DNA of 64,000 nucleotides, from the NCBI GenBank assembly GCA_027068765.1, contig JAMOMC010000164.1, positions 29-64,028 of the forward strand, read 5' to 3'. The translations under genes and the position numbers were made by a program. The notes below the pieces were generated by a model. It ran no database searches, was not told where the DNA came from, and saw only the letters and a program-made list of their open reading frames with translations. This document shows, in pieces, positions 1-9,748 of the stretch (positions are counted from its first letter, which is position 1; each line of letters begins with the position of its first letter). The stretch is from Campylobacterales bacterium (lineage in GTDB: Bacteria > Campylobacterota > Campylobacteria > Campylobacterales > QNZT01).

Positions 1-10
1 AAATTTCTCC

Positions 11-490
11 CTACTGCATAAAATCTTTTTTTGCCACACTATATGCACCATCAAACTCCATAACCTCACCACCAAACTCTTTTGCAAACTCTTTTGCTTC
101 TTGTTTTGTGCTAAAAGCATATTTGCTAATACGGCTCATTGTGGCTGATTTTTTGCTACCTACTACATAAAAAGCTTTAGTTACTGATATATACTTTAGA
201 GAGTTTATATCTATAACTTGTAAATTTTCAAAAAAATCAGCGTCTGCTACTACACAATGTAAAGAACAGTACTGTTTTGGACCGTTTTTTGTATCTGAAA
301 GATGGCTTGTTTTGTAAAATGTTTGTAGATGCATGCCACAAATCGCACAAGAGTTTTTGTTTGTGCCAGTTTGAAAAAGTAGAGTTTTGTTTGCATCTAC
401 AGTTTGAAATCGCAGTTTTTTCATATCTGCTTGAAGATTTATACTTAGCAAGATTGAAAAAAATGCCACGATAAGGGTTAAGCTTTTCAT
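11..490 (-). CDS. NosL-family periplasmic accessory (copper-chaperone-like) protein
   Basis: 159-aa ORF with an N-terminal signal peptide. The CAICGM motif and the size are typical of NosL-family proteins. Confidence 0.5.
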   Translation of the reverse strand: MKSLTLIVAFFSILLSINLQADMKKLRFQTVDANKTLLFQTGTNKNSCAICGMHLQTFYKTSHLSDTKNGPKQYCSLHCVVADADFFENLQVIDINSLKYISVTKAFYVVGSKKSATMSRISKYAFSTKQEAKEFAKEFGGEVMEFDGAYSVAKKDFMQ

Positions 491-552
491 AAAAATTCCT
501 TAGTTTTTATGAAAGTTTAGTCAAATTCTGCTGACACCTTTGTTATGAAATA

Positions 553-2721
553 TTACAAACTTTTTATATAAAGTGCAATATTCTCTATATCTTCATCGCT
601 CAAGCTTACTGCTTGACCTTTCATTAAAGAACCCATATTGTACTGGTCTAAATTGTCATACTTATACCCTTTTAGTAATTCAACAATTTCATCTGTATTA
701 TTATTTAAGATGATGGCTCCTGTGTCTAAGGCTGATTTTTCTCCTTTAGCTCCATGGCAACTTGCACAATTTTTAGTTGTGTAAATCTCTTCTCCTTTTG
801 ATATTTTTTCTTGTGGAAATACTGGCTGTATTACTATTGGAGGTTTTTGTTCAATTATCATTTTTTTATATGCATCTATTGCAACATCATTTATATAGTG
901 TTCAAGTTTAGTACTTACTCCTTTAAAATCTACTCCACCTGCATGTAAAGTTTCATCTTTTAATACAAATATAGATGCATAACCATTTTCATAATTATAC
1001 TTATCTTTCTCTATCAGCATCTCTACATCATTAACAGTTTTTATACTCCATTTTCCCTCTTTTGTCTCTCCCTCTTTTGTGTTTTCATCACATCTTGTGC
1101 CTTCAATACTTTTATAGTATCCAACTTCACACTGAGACTTTACATAATCAGAGATTGAGCTATAAGAGCTTGTACCGTTTGCAACCTCACCAAACAGTCT
1201 ATATTGATCTTCTAGCTGTTCAATTTGCAAAATACTAACAAGTGAACCCTCAGGCATCAAAACAGAATACCTCTTTTGTCCTGATATATCTTCTTGATTT
1301 AAGATAGTTACTCTATATCCTCTTTTTGTTAATATCATAACTCCATTGTCATTTATGGTATAAGATAAATCTTCTCTGTTCTCTTCTACCCAAGTACCAC
1401 TTTTTAGTATATAACTCCTCTTTTCATCATTATATATATCACCGACTTTAAAGTCATTATCTTTAAAATAGTATTCTTTAATTTCAAGAGTTCTTTCACC
1501 TAGCTTAACCTCTTCATAGCCATTTTTTTTTGGATAAAAATCAAAAAATGACATACCTTTTTCAAACTTAACTATTTTGCCATCATTTTGGGCTTTTTCA
1601 AATTGTCTTTTCTTTTTTTCTTCCTCTTTTTTTTCTTCTACTTTTTCATGAATCTCTTTATAGATGCCATCTTCGCTATCTTCAAATTTTTTAATATTTT
1701 CTAAGATAACTCTAGGATTAATATCATCAATATCTTCTTTAATCTTATCAATTTGTTCTTTAGTTGGGTTTTTTATGCCAATATCTTCAAGAGAACTTTT
1801 TATAAATGCACTGTCCCATTCATAGTCGCCTTTAAATATATCATCCATATCATCAAGCTCTATATCATCAAATCTATTCTCTTTAATTTTTTTAAGATCT
1901 TCTTTTGTGATAAATGCTATTTTTTCTAAATCTCCTTCAAATATTTCAAATGATTTTTCAATATTTTTATTTATCGCTTTTGCAGCTTTTAAAAGCTCTT
2001 TATCATCTGCAAATGATATATCAAGTAGAGCATCTATACCTCCTGCATCCTCTGCATCTTTTAGTTTTTCTACTAATTTTTCATAAACTTTTTCTAAAGC
2101 ATCATTATCTTCACTAGCTCTGCTCATCGCTTCTACTGCTTTTTGAATTTTAAGTGCTTCTTTGATTAGTTTTTCATTTGTATCTTTATGTGCTACTGGG
2201 TCTTTTGTGATATCTTCAATCTCTATATTAAAAATTCTAGCAATTTTTTCTTTATGGACTCTAACTTTTTCCTTCATCTGCTCTTTTGTTAGTTTTGTAT
2301 CTTTTAACTCTTTTTGTACCGCTTTAGCAAGAAGGGTTGTTATCGGGGAAATGTTAACAACCTCTGTCTCTCTAGGAGCTAGTAACTTTCCTCTAAAATC
2401 TTCACCTGTATCGACATCTTTACCGCCATATACAAGTAACATAGCCTCAGTAAAACTCTCTTTTGCTTGAATGTCGGGGTTGATTTCAAGATTAAATGAG
2501 CCATCTTTTGTAGTCTGTGTTGTTGGTTCACCTTCTTGGCAGTATCCATCTTGGGATAAGTCTAAACAGACAGTTGCATATTGCAAATAACCATCAATTG
2601 CTTTTCCGTTAATTGTTATTGATGAGATATCATTAGATACACTCGAACCGCCACAACCTGCTAAAACTACACTAAGTGTAACTGATAAGGCTATGCTTTT
2701 TACTATGGAATTTCTTTTCAT
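553..2721 (-). CDS. Large lipoprotein with C-terminal monohaem cytochrome c (c553-like) domain
   Basis: 722-aa ORF with signal peptide plus lipobox (VLAGCGG). The middle is a long K/E/D-rich helical region. The last ~90 aa carry a single CASCH haem motif and a downstream Met (GSLMKGQ), as in class I c553-type cytochromes. Confidence 0.6.
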   Translation of the reverse strand: MKRNSIVKSIALSVTLSVVLAGCGGSSVSNDISSITINGKAIDGYLQYATVCLDLSQDGYCQEGEPTTQTTKDGSFNLEINPDIQAKESFTEAMLLVYGGKDVDTGEDFRGKLLAPRETEVVNISPITTLLAKAVQKELKDTKLTKEQMKEKVRVHKEKIARIFNIEIEDITKDPVAHKDTNEKLIKEALKIQKAVEAMSRASEDNDALEKVYEKLVEKLKDAEDAGGIDALLDISFADDKELLKAAKAINKNIEKSFEIFEGDLEKIAFITKEDLKKIKENRFDDIELDDMDDIFKGDYEWDSAFIKSSLEDIGIKNPTKEQIDKIKEDIDDINPRVILENIKKFEDSEDGIYKEIHEKVEEKKEEEKKKRQFEKAQNDGKIVKFEKGMSFFDFYPKKNGYEEVKLGERTLEIKEYYFKDNDFKVGDIYNDEKRSYILKSGTWVEENREDLSYTINDNGVMILTKRGYRVTILNQEDISGQKRYSVLMPEGSLVSILQIEQLEDQYRLFGEVANGTSSYSSISDYVKSQCEVGYYKSIEGTRCDENTKEGETKEGKWSIKTVNDVEMLIEKDKYNYENGYASIFVLKDETLHAGGVDFKGVSTKLEHYINDVAIDAYKKMIIEQKPPIVIQPVFPQEKISKGEEIYTTKNCASCHGAKGEKSALDTGAIILNNNTDEIVELLKGYKYDNLDQYNMGSLMKGQAVSLSDEDIENIALYIKSL

Positions 2722-2832
2722 TGGGTAGAGGCTCCTTTTGCCTGGAATTTATTTTTTGAATTGTTAAACTCATAAACTAAATCGACACAAAAAGAGGTTT
2801 CGGTAGTTTTTTTTTACTTTACTTAGGTTTTT

Positions 2833-3093
2833 TTACTTTCTACAACTTCCTCCAGCTAGATTAAAACTATCTTCGTATTTACAATTACTGCATCTAAACT
2901 CTACAAAAGAGGTTCCAGAACAACCTCCACCTTTTTGGTTTATAACTTCCATAGTCTCATTTTTGCACTCTGGGCAGATGCCTTGGTTTATGAGTTTTAA
3001 TTTTTCTGCTTTTTGTTCAAGATAATTAAAATAAGCCCATACCAATCCACCAGCGATAATAATTATGAAAAGTAGTATTAATATTGTTTGCAC
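2833..3093 (-). CDS. Small membrane-anchored zinc-ribbon protein
   Basis: 86-aa ORF with an N-terminal TM helix and CPEC...CSNC cysteine pairs. Its GTG start overlaps the upstream stop (TAGTG), suggesting translational coupling. Confidence 0.4.
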   Translation of the reverse strand: MQTILILLFIIIIAGGLVWAYFNYLEQKAEKLKLINQGICPECKNETMEVINQKGGGCSGTSFVEFRCSNCKYEDSFNLAGGSCRK

Positions 3094-3563
3094 TATTTCT
3101 TCTCCACTATATCTTTGAAATCTTTGATAAAATCCTCAAAAACATCTTTAAAATTTTCAAAAAGTGAACCAAAATCCCCTGTGACTTGTTTGCCAATCTC
3201 AACATAGAGATTCTTTTTTGTCTCACTCATATTTACTCTCCAACCTTTATCTGTTTTATCTAATACTGTTAAAAATATAACTTCATCTATATCTTTGTCA
3301 CCTTTTAAATAGAGTTTAGTTTTGATAGTTGCTTTTTTTTCATCCTTTTTTACCTTTTCTAAATCAACTGCTTTTATCTTGATTTTTTTATAAAGTGTTG
3401 TTTTTGAAGTTGACTCTTTTACAGTTAATTTTTTTGCTTTTTCAATTTCATTGTCTTTTTGAGCTTTCCAAAAATCTTTGCTAATTGTTTGGGGAGAGAT
3501 ATTCTTAGAAGAGCATCCAAAAAATGCAAAAGTTAAAAATATCAGTAGTAAAAACCTTGTCAT
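3093..3563 (-). CDS. Lipoprotein, unknown function
   Basis: 156-aa ORF with signal peptide plus lipobox (FFGCSS). Confidence 0.45.
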   Translation of the reverse strand: MTRFLLLIFLTFAFFGCSSKNISPQTISKDFWKAQKDNEIEKAKKLTVKESTSKTTLYKKIKIKAVDLEKVKKDEKKATIKTKLYLKGDKDIDEVIFLTVLDKTDKGWRVNMSETKKNLYVEIGKQVTGDFGSLFENFKDVFEDFIKDFKDIVEKK

Positions 3564-3598
3564 AAACTACTCCTTTTTTATCCTATATAGTAGCAAAA

Positions 3599-4180
3599 CT
3601 ATTTTAACTCTTCAATTAAATGGTCATAAACATCTTTGCTAGTCTCAAAATCTTCAACTTTTTTACTCTTTTTTCGCCTAATCTCTTCTTTCATAATCTC
3701 CACTAATTCATTTATTCGTCTGCTTATCTCTCTTTTGCATCCACTTTTTTTTGTCTCTAAACATTTATCTATCATTTTTATAAGTTGAGGCAGAAGTGAG
3801 GCAGTCATCTTTATGTAAAGTTCGCTATAAGCTCTTGTTTTGATAAAAGTAATAAATGTTTTCTCTTGTGGTATACTAAGTTTCCAAGCCTCGGCAATAT
3901 ATGCAAATTGGTTATTTATAATCTCATGTTTTTTCTCAGCCTCTATGAGTTTTTTTTTCTTAATTTTTATAAGCTCTTTATGCTCTTTTGTCTTTTTAAT
4001 CTTTAGTTTAGGTAAATTAGAAGTTTTTCTTTTTTTAAAATGAAGTGCCAAAACAACAATAAAATAGGCAAAAAGAAAAAAACAGATAAGAAAAAATATG
4101 ATGCTGTCTAACACTAAAGCACCAAGAGATGACACAAAAATGCCAATTAAAAAGAAATTTAGGTTAGATATTAGTTTCAT
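3599..4180 (-). CDS. Membrane protein, unknown function
   Basis: 193-aa ORF with two N-terminal TM helices and a basic coiled C-terminal half. Confidence 0.4.
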   Translation of the reverse strand: MKLISNLNFFLIGIFVSSLGALVLDSIIFFLICFFLFAYFIVVLALHFKKRKTSNLPKLKIKKTKEHKELIKIKKKKLIEAEKKHEIINNQFAYIAEAWKLSIPQEKTFITFIKTRAYSELYIKMTASLLPQLIKMIDKCLETKKSGCKREISRRINELVEIMKEEIRRKKSKKVEDFETSKDVYDHLIEELK

Positions 4181-4300
4181 CGTCTCTATTATACACTATT
4201 TAGAGTATATCTTTAACGAAACGACAATTAAAAAAGATTTACATCTATAAAATTATTATTAAATCTTATATCATATGATTTAGAGATAAAATTATGAATT

Positions 4301-6169
4301 TTAATGATTTAAACTTGGATGTTTTAGGAGAAATTTAGTGTTTTTTTCTTCTTTTTCAACCTGCGGTAGAGGTTGAGAGAAGTAGTAGCCTTGCGAGTAG
4401 TCAACACCCAATTTTTTGACAATATTATAAATCTCTTCATTGTGTACAAACTCCGCTATGGTTTTTGTATTCATTTTTTTAGCTAATGTTACTATGGTTT
4501 CAACAATTTTAACACTATTTTCATCTGTATCTAAATTTTTAATAAATTGAGCATCTATTTTTATAATATCAGCTTTAAGAGTTAAAAGTCTACTTAAGTT
4601 TGAAGCTTCAGCTCCAAAATCATCTATAGACAATCCAAATCCTAGCTTTTTTAGCTCTTTAAATTGAGCATTTGCATTATATGAATCTTGTGAGTTGATA
4701 TTTTCAAGTACTTCTAAAAAGACTCTTTTTGGATCTATATTATACTGTTTTGTTTTGAAGGTAAGAAAATCTACAAGATAATTTTCACTTAAATCTTGTT
4801 CAGTTATATTTATGGAAAATTTATAACTGTTTTGTGAAAATTCTAAAAAACTTTTATCAATTACAATTTTTGTAATATTTTTTAATATACCTTTAGATTT
4901 TGCCGCAGTTAAAAATAGGTAAGGTGATATTATCACATCTTTATCAACGGCTCTTACTAAACACTCATATTTTACTATTTTTTGTGAGTGATTATCAACT
5001 ATTGGCTGATAATATACAATTATATTGTTTTCTCTCATAAGTTCACCCAATCTTTTTGCCCAATAGATGTTGTTTTTTTGTGTTTGTTCTCTTTTTTTAT
5101 CTCTTTTATAAAGTGTGTAGATATTTTCTCCAGAGCTTTTAATATCAGAGAGTGTTATGTTTGCATTTGATATTGTTTTGCTTGATTTTTCTCTAACAAT
5201 TGCAATTTTAAAATTAACTGTAATTTCAATTTCTCTGTATCCTACTTTTAAGTTTTCAAAAATTGACTTTATTACAGTAGCTAATTTTATATCTTGTTGA
5301 AGTGTTGGATTTACAATTAAAAAAGCAAATTTTGAATTTTCAACATGATATAAAGTTACACTTTGTGAAGTGAGATTTTGTAGTATTTTTGCTACTTTTA
5401 AGAGTATATGTTCAGAATAATTTTCTCCAAACTCATTTATGATAATATCAAAATCATCAATATCTAAAGCCAAATAGGAGATGTCTTTTGTAGTGTTTTT
5501 TATATCTTCATTTAAAACAATACTATTTGTAAGAGAGGTTAATTGGTTTGTTCTTAGTTGATGTTGAATTAATTTTTTTTGTATTTTTATCTCTTTTGAT
5601 GATAGATTGATATTATTTATATTTTTCTCTTGTTGCATCTCAGAAAAAGTAAAAAAGAGTGCAAAACATGAGTAAGCTGCGATTGCAAGAGCTAGCTCTT
5701 TTTGGTTTAGATAAATCTCTGGATTTGGTAATATATAGAGTGTTACTAGAGTAAAAATAGTTAAGATATATGCAAATGTTCCACTTTTATGTCCCTTTAC
5801 CAAAAAAGTTGAGGCGATAAACAAGGCAAACCATAAAAGTTTACTTTGATCATCTTTTGCTAAAATAACAATAGTAGTTGCTAAAATAAATGTTAAAAAA
5901 AGTGCAATCTTTGATACTAAATTAAAAGCCGTTTTCTTTTTACGAAGTGATAAAAATAGAGCAAATAAAGAGAAAGAAAAAATTATGTCAATAACAGCAA
6001 TGAGATAAAAGTCAGTTACAATACGAACGACTCCTGCACCAAATCCAATGAAAAAGCCAGCCAATAAAATTGAGTTTACAAGCATAAATTTATATTTTAA
6101 AGAGAACTCATCTTTTGAAAAGAGATGATTACTTGTTAAAATCTGCTCTATCTTATTGATATTTATCAT
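4301..6169 (-). CDS. Membrane-bound c-di-GMP phosphodiesterase (EAL domain) with degenerate GGDEF-like middle domain
   Basis: 622-aa ORF with ~6 N-terminal TM helices. The C-terminal domain shows EAL-domain motifs: EVLE, DDFGAE..SNLSRL, KIDAQFIK, AEFV, QGYYFSQP. No intact GG(D/E)EF motif is visible in the middle domain. Confidence 0.8.
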   Translation of the reverse strand: MININKIEQILTSNHLFSKDEFSLKYKFMLVNSILLAGFFIGFGAGVVRIVTDFYLIAVIDIIFSFSLFALFLSLRKKKTAFNLVSKIALFLTFILATTIVILAKDDQSKLLWFALFIASTFLVKGHKSGTFAYILTIFTLVTLYILPNPEIYLNQKELALAIAAYSCFALFFTFSEMQQEKNINNINLSSKEIKIQKKLIQHQLRTNQLTSLTNSIVLNEDIKNTTKDISYLALDIDDFDIIINEFGENYSEHILLKVAKILQNLTSQSVTLYHVENSKFAFLIVNPTLQQDIKLATVIKSIFENLKVGYREIEITVNFKIAIVREKSSKTISNANITLSDIKSSGENIYTLYKRDKKREQTQKNNIYWAKRLGELMRENNIIVYYQPIVDNHSQKIVKYECLVRAVDKDVIISPYLFLTAAKSKGILKNITKIVIDKSFLEFSQNSYKFSINITEQDLSENYLVDFLTFKTKQYNIDPKRVFLEVLENINSQDSYNANAQFKELKKLGFGLSIDDFGAEASNLSRLLTLKADIIKIDAQFIKNLDTDENSVKIVETIVTLAKKMNTKTIAEFVHNEEIYNIVKKLGVDYSQGYYFSQPLPQVEKEEKNTKFLLKHPSLNH

Positions 6170-6248
6170 TTTGATTTGCCTAACTCTTATTTATACCAAC
6201 TTGGTATTACTTATATTATATCGGCAAATTGAGGAAAAAATTTACTCT

Positions 6249-6533
6249 TTAATAAACTTCATCAAGATAATGCTCACTCTCTTTTATATTTAAAAATTTT
6301 TTAGCTTTTTTAATTTTGTTCATTTTTGACTTTGTTTTAGATTTCTCTTTTTCAAACTTATCTTTTGCAGCTTGTATAAGAGTATAAGCTTCTCTTAAAT
6401 CATCTATCTTTTTAAATTCTGGTATATCTAATAAGAGTACATCTACTTTTCTAATATCCTCTTCAATTAGTGCAATTTTAAATCTCTCAAGCCATTTCGT
6501 ATGCAATGTTTGTCTCCTCTTTCCAAGTCTCAA
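6249..6533 (-). CDS. Small basic protein downstream of fliS (possible FliT-like chaperone)
   Basis: 94-aa ORF in the flaG-fliD-fliS transcription unit. The assignment rests on position only. It overlaps the fliS 3' end by 47 nt, so the start is uncertain. Confidence 0.3.
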   Translation of the reverse strand: MRLGKRRQTLHTKWLERFKIALIEEDIRKVDVLLLDIPEFKKIDDLREAYTLIQAAKDKFEKEKSKTKSKMNKIKKAKKFLNIKESEHYLDEVY

Positions 6534-6867
6534 GTAGCACTTTTACTACATGAATGATAGTATTTAATTCAGCAGTTGAATTCTCTATATTTGCTTTGTT
6601 TAATGATTTTAATTGATGCATATAGAGACCACTTAGATATGCAGTTATCTCTGTTCCATCGTTTTTAAGTGAACTTATAAGCTCTATAAAAATATCTGAA
6701 GATTTATTTATCCACTTTGATTTTGCTTCAAAGTCTTTTTCATCTATTGCTCTTTTTGCTAAAGATGTAAATCTTAACAAACCTTCATAAAGCATCTCTA
6801 TAAGCTTCTCTGGTGTTTCTATTGCTGTATGATTTTGGTTATATGCTGCAAATGCTTGTTTTCTCAT
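6487..6867 (-). CDS. fliS: Flagellar export chaperone FliS
   Basis: 126-aa ORF with the typical FliS N-terminus (AYNQN..TPEKLIEMLYEGLLRF), located after fliD. Confidence 0.85.
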   Translation of the reverse strand: MRKQAFAAYNQNHTAIETPEKLIEMLYEGLLRFTSLAKRAIDEKDFEAKSKWINKSSDIFIELISSLKNDGTEITAYLSGLYMHQLKSLNKANIENSTAELNTIIHVVKVLLETWKEETNIAYEMA

Positions 6868-6887
6868 TTTTCTCCCTTTTTTTATAT

Positions 6888-8225
6888 TTATTCTTTTGCA
6901 AACTGTGCATCTATCATGCCTTGAATTGCATCTGATTGACTGCTTAGTCTTCCTATGACTGCATCAAATGCTGCAAATCTTTTTGCCATGATTTCATATC
7001 TATCGTCCAATCTTGTCTGAGCTTTAATTTGGTCAATTCCTAGTGATTTTAGACGATCTTCTAAATTCTTATCTAAAGATTTTATAGCACCTGATGAGCT
7101 AGTATTTATATTAAAAAGTGCATCTTCGAATTTATTAAAAAGCCCATTATCTCCATCAGTTCCTCTAAAAAAATCTTCTATCTTACTTGTATCTTCTTTT
7201 AGCATCTCTTTAAAATCGCTCTCTTTAAAACTTATTTTTCCACCTCTTTGGATTTCAAATCCGAAGTCTGCTACGGTTTTTCCATCTTCGGTTAAGGTTC
7301 TTCCTATGATGTTATTTATAGAAGAGGTGATATTTCTTATCTCTGATGAGCCTTGGAAAACACCTGCACTTTTATTTTCTGCATCGTATTTTGTAACGGC
7401 TGATAGTTTATCTATTACAGTATTATATTTTTCGGCAAAAGCTGCCATCTCTTCAATCAGTTTTTCACTATTTTGTTCAATTTTTACAGAAGTTTTTCCT
7501 ACATTTGTAAGATTTAAAGTTACCCCTTCAATCAAATCATCAAAACTATTGCTTTTTCTTGTAATTGTTATGCCATCAAGTTCAACCTCCGCATCTTTTG
7601 GAGCATCTCCAATTCTAGTAAAGGGGCTTCCTCCAAGTGAACTTGTTACTGTTATGGTATTATCTACTCCTGTATCTTTTGCTTTTAAAATAAGTTTAAA
7701 ACCATCTACCCCTCCAACATTTAAAACTGAAGCCTCCATCTTTCCATCACTTTGTTCACCTATCTTTTGTGCTACAGTTTTTAAAGTATCGGTTATTCCA
7801 ACTTCGACAGTGTAATCATTTCCATCTATATTAAAAGTTAATGTTTGTGCATCCATCAAAGCATCTTCATAAGCATACCCTTGGGTTGATTCTTGGATAT
7901 CACGAGTTGCTAGAGATTTTACATCTAAATTAAAATTTTGCTCTTTTGCTTTTATAGATGTTTCTACTGTGATTGAACTTCCTGTTAAAGATGCACTCTT
8001 TTTTTGATAAAGTTCAGGCTCTGAAAGTGAAACAACTTGTGTATTTAGAGCTGTAATTAATTTTTTTATATCACTAAGTGTTGTCTGTTTTGTATTTGAG
8101 AGTTCTATTTTTCTCTCAATAGGCTTTATTATAGAGGACTCGTCAGCTGCTTTTAATTGATCAATTATATCTCGTGTTAAAACTCCTTGGCTTCCAAGCC
8201 CTAAAGTACTTAATGCTCCTGACAT
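6888..8225 (-). CDS. fliD: Flagellar filament capping protein FliD
   Basis: 445-aa ORF. The N-terminus (LGLGSQGVLTRDIIDQLKAADE) and C-terminus (RLDDRYEIMAKRFAAFDAVI) are typical of FliD. Confidence 0.85.
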   Translation of the reverse strand: MSGALSTLGLGSQGVLTRDIIDQLKAADESSIIKPIERKIELSNTKQTTLSDIKKLITALNTQVVSLSEPELYQKKSASLTGSSITVETSIKAKEQNFNLDVKSLATRDIQESTQGYAYEDALMDAQTLTFNIDGNDYTVEVGITDTLKTVAQKIGEQSDGKMEASVLNVGGVDGFKLILKAKDTGVDNTITVTSSLGGSPFTRIGDAPKDAEVELDGITITRKSNSFDDLIEGVTLNLTNVGKTSVKIEQNSEKLIEEMAAFAEKYNTVIDKLSAVTKYDAENKSAGVFQGSSEIRNITSSINNIIGRTLTEDGKTVADFGFEIQRGGKISFKESDFKEMLKEDTSKIEDFFRGTDGDNGLFNKFEDALFNINTSSSGAIKSLDKNLEDRLKSLGIDQIKAQTRLDDRYEIMAKRFAAFDAVIGRLSSQSDAIQGMIDAQFAKE

Positions 8226-8228
8226 TTT

Positions 8229-8585
8229 TTATCCTTGTTTATCAAATAGCACACCAATTAAATCTTGCATGCTTTCTTTTATTTTCATAGCTTCTTCTGT
8301 TGGAAGTTTTTTTATAATTTCACCTGTATTTTTATTCGTTACATTTATATAAACAGTGTCTATTTTGGCATTATATGCAAACTTCACATCTAGGTTTAAA
8401 TCTTTTGATATTTCATTAAACTCTTGTGAAATTGTTTCAGGTTTTATCTCCTCTTTGCTTTTTTGTGTTTTCTTATCTGTTTGTGTTGGCTCAACAGTTT
8501 TAATCTCTGCTTTTTGGGCAGTTGTTGGTGTAAATGTTGTACTTGCTACCTGTTGAGTACTTGGCGTTATCATCGTTGATTGCAT
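8229..8585 (-). CDS. flaG: Flagellar protein FlaG
   Basis: 118-aa ORF with a FlaG-like C-terminal core (VYINVTNKNTGEIIKKLPTEEAM), sitting upstream of fliD. AAGGAG RBS present. Confidence 0.75.
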   Translation of the reverse strand: MQSTMITPSTQQVASTTFTPTTAQKAEIKTVEPTQTDKKTQKSKEEIKPETISQEFNEISKDLNLDVKFAYNAKIDTVYINVTNKNTGEIIKKLPTEEAMKIKESMQDLIGVLFDKQG

Positions 8586-8612
8586 TGCTACTCCTTTAGC
8601 TTTATAAAAAGT

Positions 8613-8639
8613 ACATCGGTAAAAAATTGTTAAACTTAA
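8613..8639 (-). promoter_or_regulatory. Sigma28 (FliA)-type promoter for flaG-fliD-fliS
   Basis: The minus strand reads TTAAGTTT-N11-ACCGATGT, against the consensus TAAAGTTT-N11-GCCGATAA. It ends 27 nt upstream of the flaG ATG. Confidence 0.55.
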
Positions 8640-8704
8640 CAGAAGTTATAGGAGTTTTTGGTAAAATTTCAGATAAGTTTACGATTTGTTACAAAAGGGA
8701 TATA

Positions 8705-9043
8705 ATGAAACTAGCACTTAGATGCAACTCTTTGCTTATTAAAAAGACACTTATTAGCTATTTGAAAGGTCATATTGTAGATTTTGAAGATGCCGATTTT
8801 ATAATCTGTGATAAACTTTTTTCAGTAAACTCTCCAATATTTTTAATTAGTTATTCAAATAATTCCCATCTTCAAATGCCTTTTACAAAAACAGAACTTT
8901 TTTGGGCATTGGAGAGTTTTTATATTGGTATGATGGATGTTGATACATCTTTTACAAAAGAGGATTTAATAGCCCCATTTATAGAAAAACTAAATAAAAA
9001 GCATCATGAAAAGATTGCAAAATTAGCAAGAAAAATTGTCTAA
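8705..9043 (+). CDS. Hypothetical protein
   Basis: The ORF track starts at a TTG at 8627, which lies inside the flaG promoter. The ATG at 8705 has an AAGGGA RBS and is the more plausible start. No recognisable motifs. Confidence 0.35.
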   Translation: MKLALRCNSLLIKKTLISYLKGHIVDFEDADFIICDKLFSVNSPIFLISYSNNSHLQMPFTKTELFWALESFYIGMMDVDTSFTKEDLIAPFIEKLNKKHHEKIAKLARKIV

Positions 9044-9614
9044 TTTTCATATATCTATTACAAGTGGAAAGTATAAAGGTAAAAAATTAAACTCCGCATC
9101 GTTAAAAACAACAAGAAGTACAAAGTCAATTTTAAAAGGTTCACTTTTTGATACTTTGCAGTTTGAAGTAGTAGATACAAATTTTATTGAAGTGTTTGGC
9201 GGAGCTGGTAGTATTGGTTTAGAAGCTCTTAGTCGAGGGGCAAAAAAAGCCTATTTTATAGAAAAAGATAAAAAAGCCTTCTCTATACTTTTAAAAAATT
9301 GTCAGTTAATTGATAAAATTAATACTAGAGCAATTTTTGATGATACATTTTTTGCATATCCAAAGCTTATAGATGAACTTAAAGGGAAAAATGAGCAAGC
9401 TTTTTTATATTTTGATCCACCTTTTGATGAGAGAGAAGGTATGTGTGATATTTATGAGAGAGTTGTGTCTTTGATAGAAAATACTCCTAAAAAGCTGGCT
9501 TTAATGATAATTATAGAACATTCAAGCAATAGAAAAATGTCTGAAAAAATTGGTGGTTTTACTAAAAAAAAGGTTAAAAAATTTGGAAAAAGTTCTTTAA
9601 GTTATTATAAGTAA
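9036..9614 (+). CDS. rsmD: 16S rRNA (guanine966-N2)-methyltransferase RsmD
   Basis: 192-aa ORF with the SAM-binding motif FGGAGSIGLEALSRGA and the DPPF motif. Confidence 0.8.
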   Translation: MSNFHISITSGKYKGKKLNSASLKTTRSTKSILKGSLFDTLQFEVVDTNFIEVFGGAGSIGLEALSRGAKKAYFIEKDKKAFSILLKNCQLIDKINTRAIFDDTFFAYPKLIDELKGKNEQAFLYFDPPFDEREGMCDIYERVVSLIENTPKKLALMIIIEHSSNRKMSEKIGGFTKKKVKKFGKSSLSYYK

Positions 9615-9748
9615 TTAAATGTTTAAAGATTTTTTACTATATAATTTGCATTAATTAGTTTTTTACTAATAATTTATATGGTTTTTCTAAGATATTGAAG
9701 AGAATAGGGCTAAAAACATAGAGTGGAATCTAATCTAAAAGGAGTGAA

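Noticed and set aside
7306-7815. 169-aa plus-strand ORF antisense to fliD. Similar antisense ORFs occur at 277-474, 1914-2470, 3840-4043, 4988-5170 and 8356-8556.
   Set aside because: It lies entirely inside a well-supported gene on the opposite strand. It has low-complexity S/F/L-rich composition, no RBS and no recognisable motif, which is typical of a shadow ORF.
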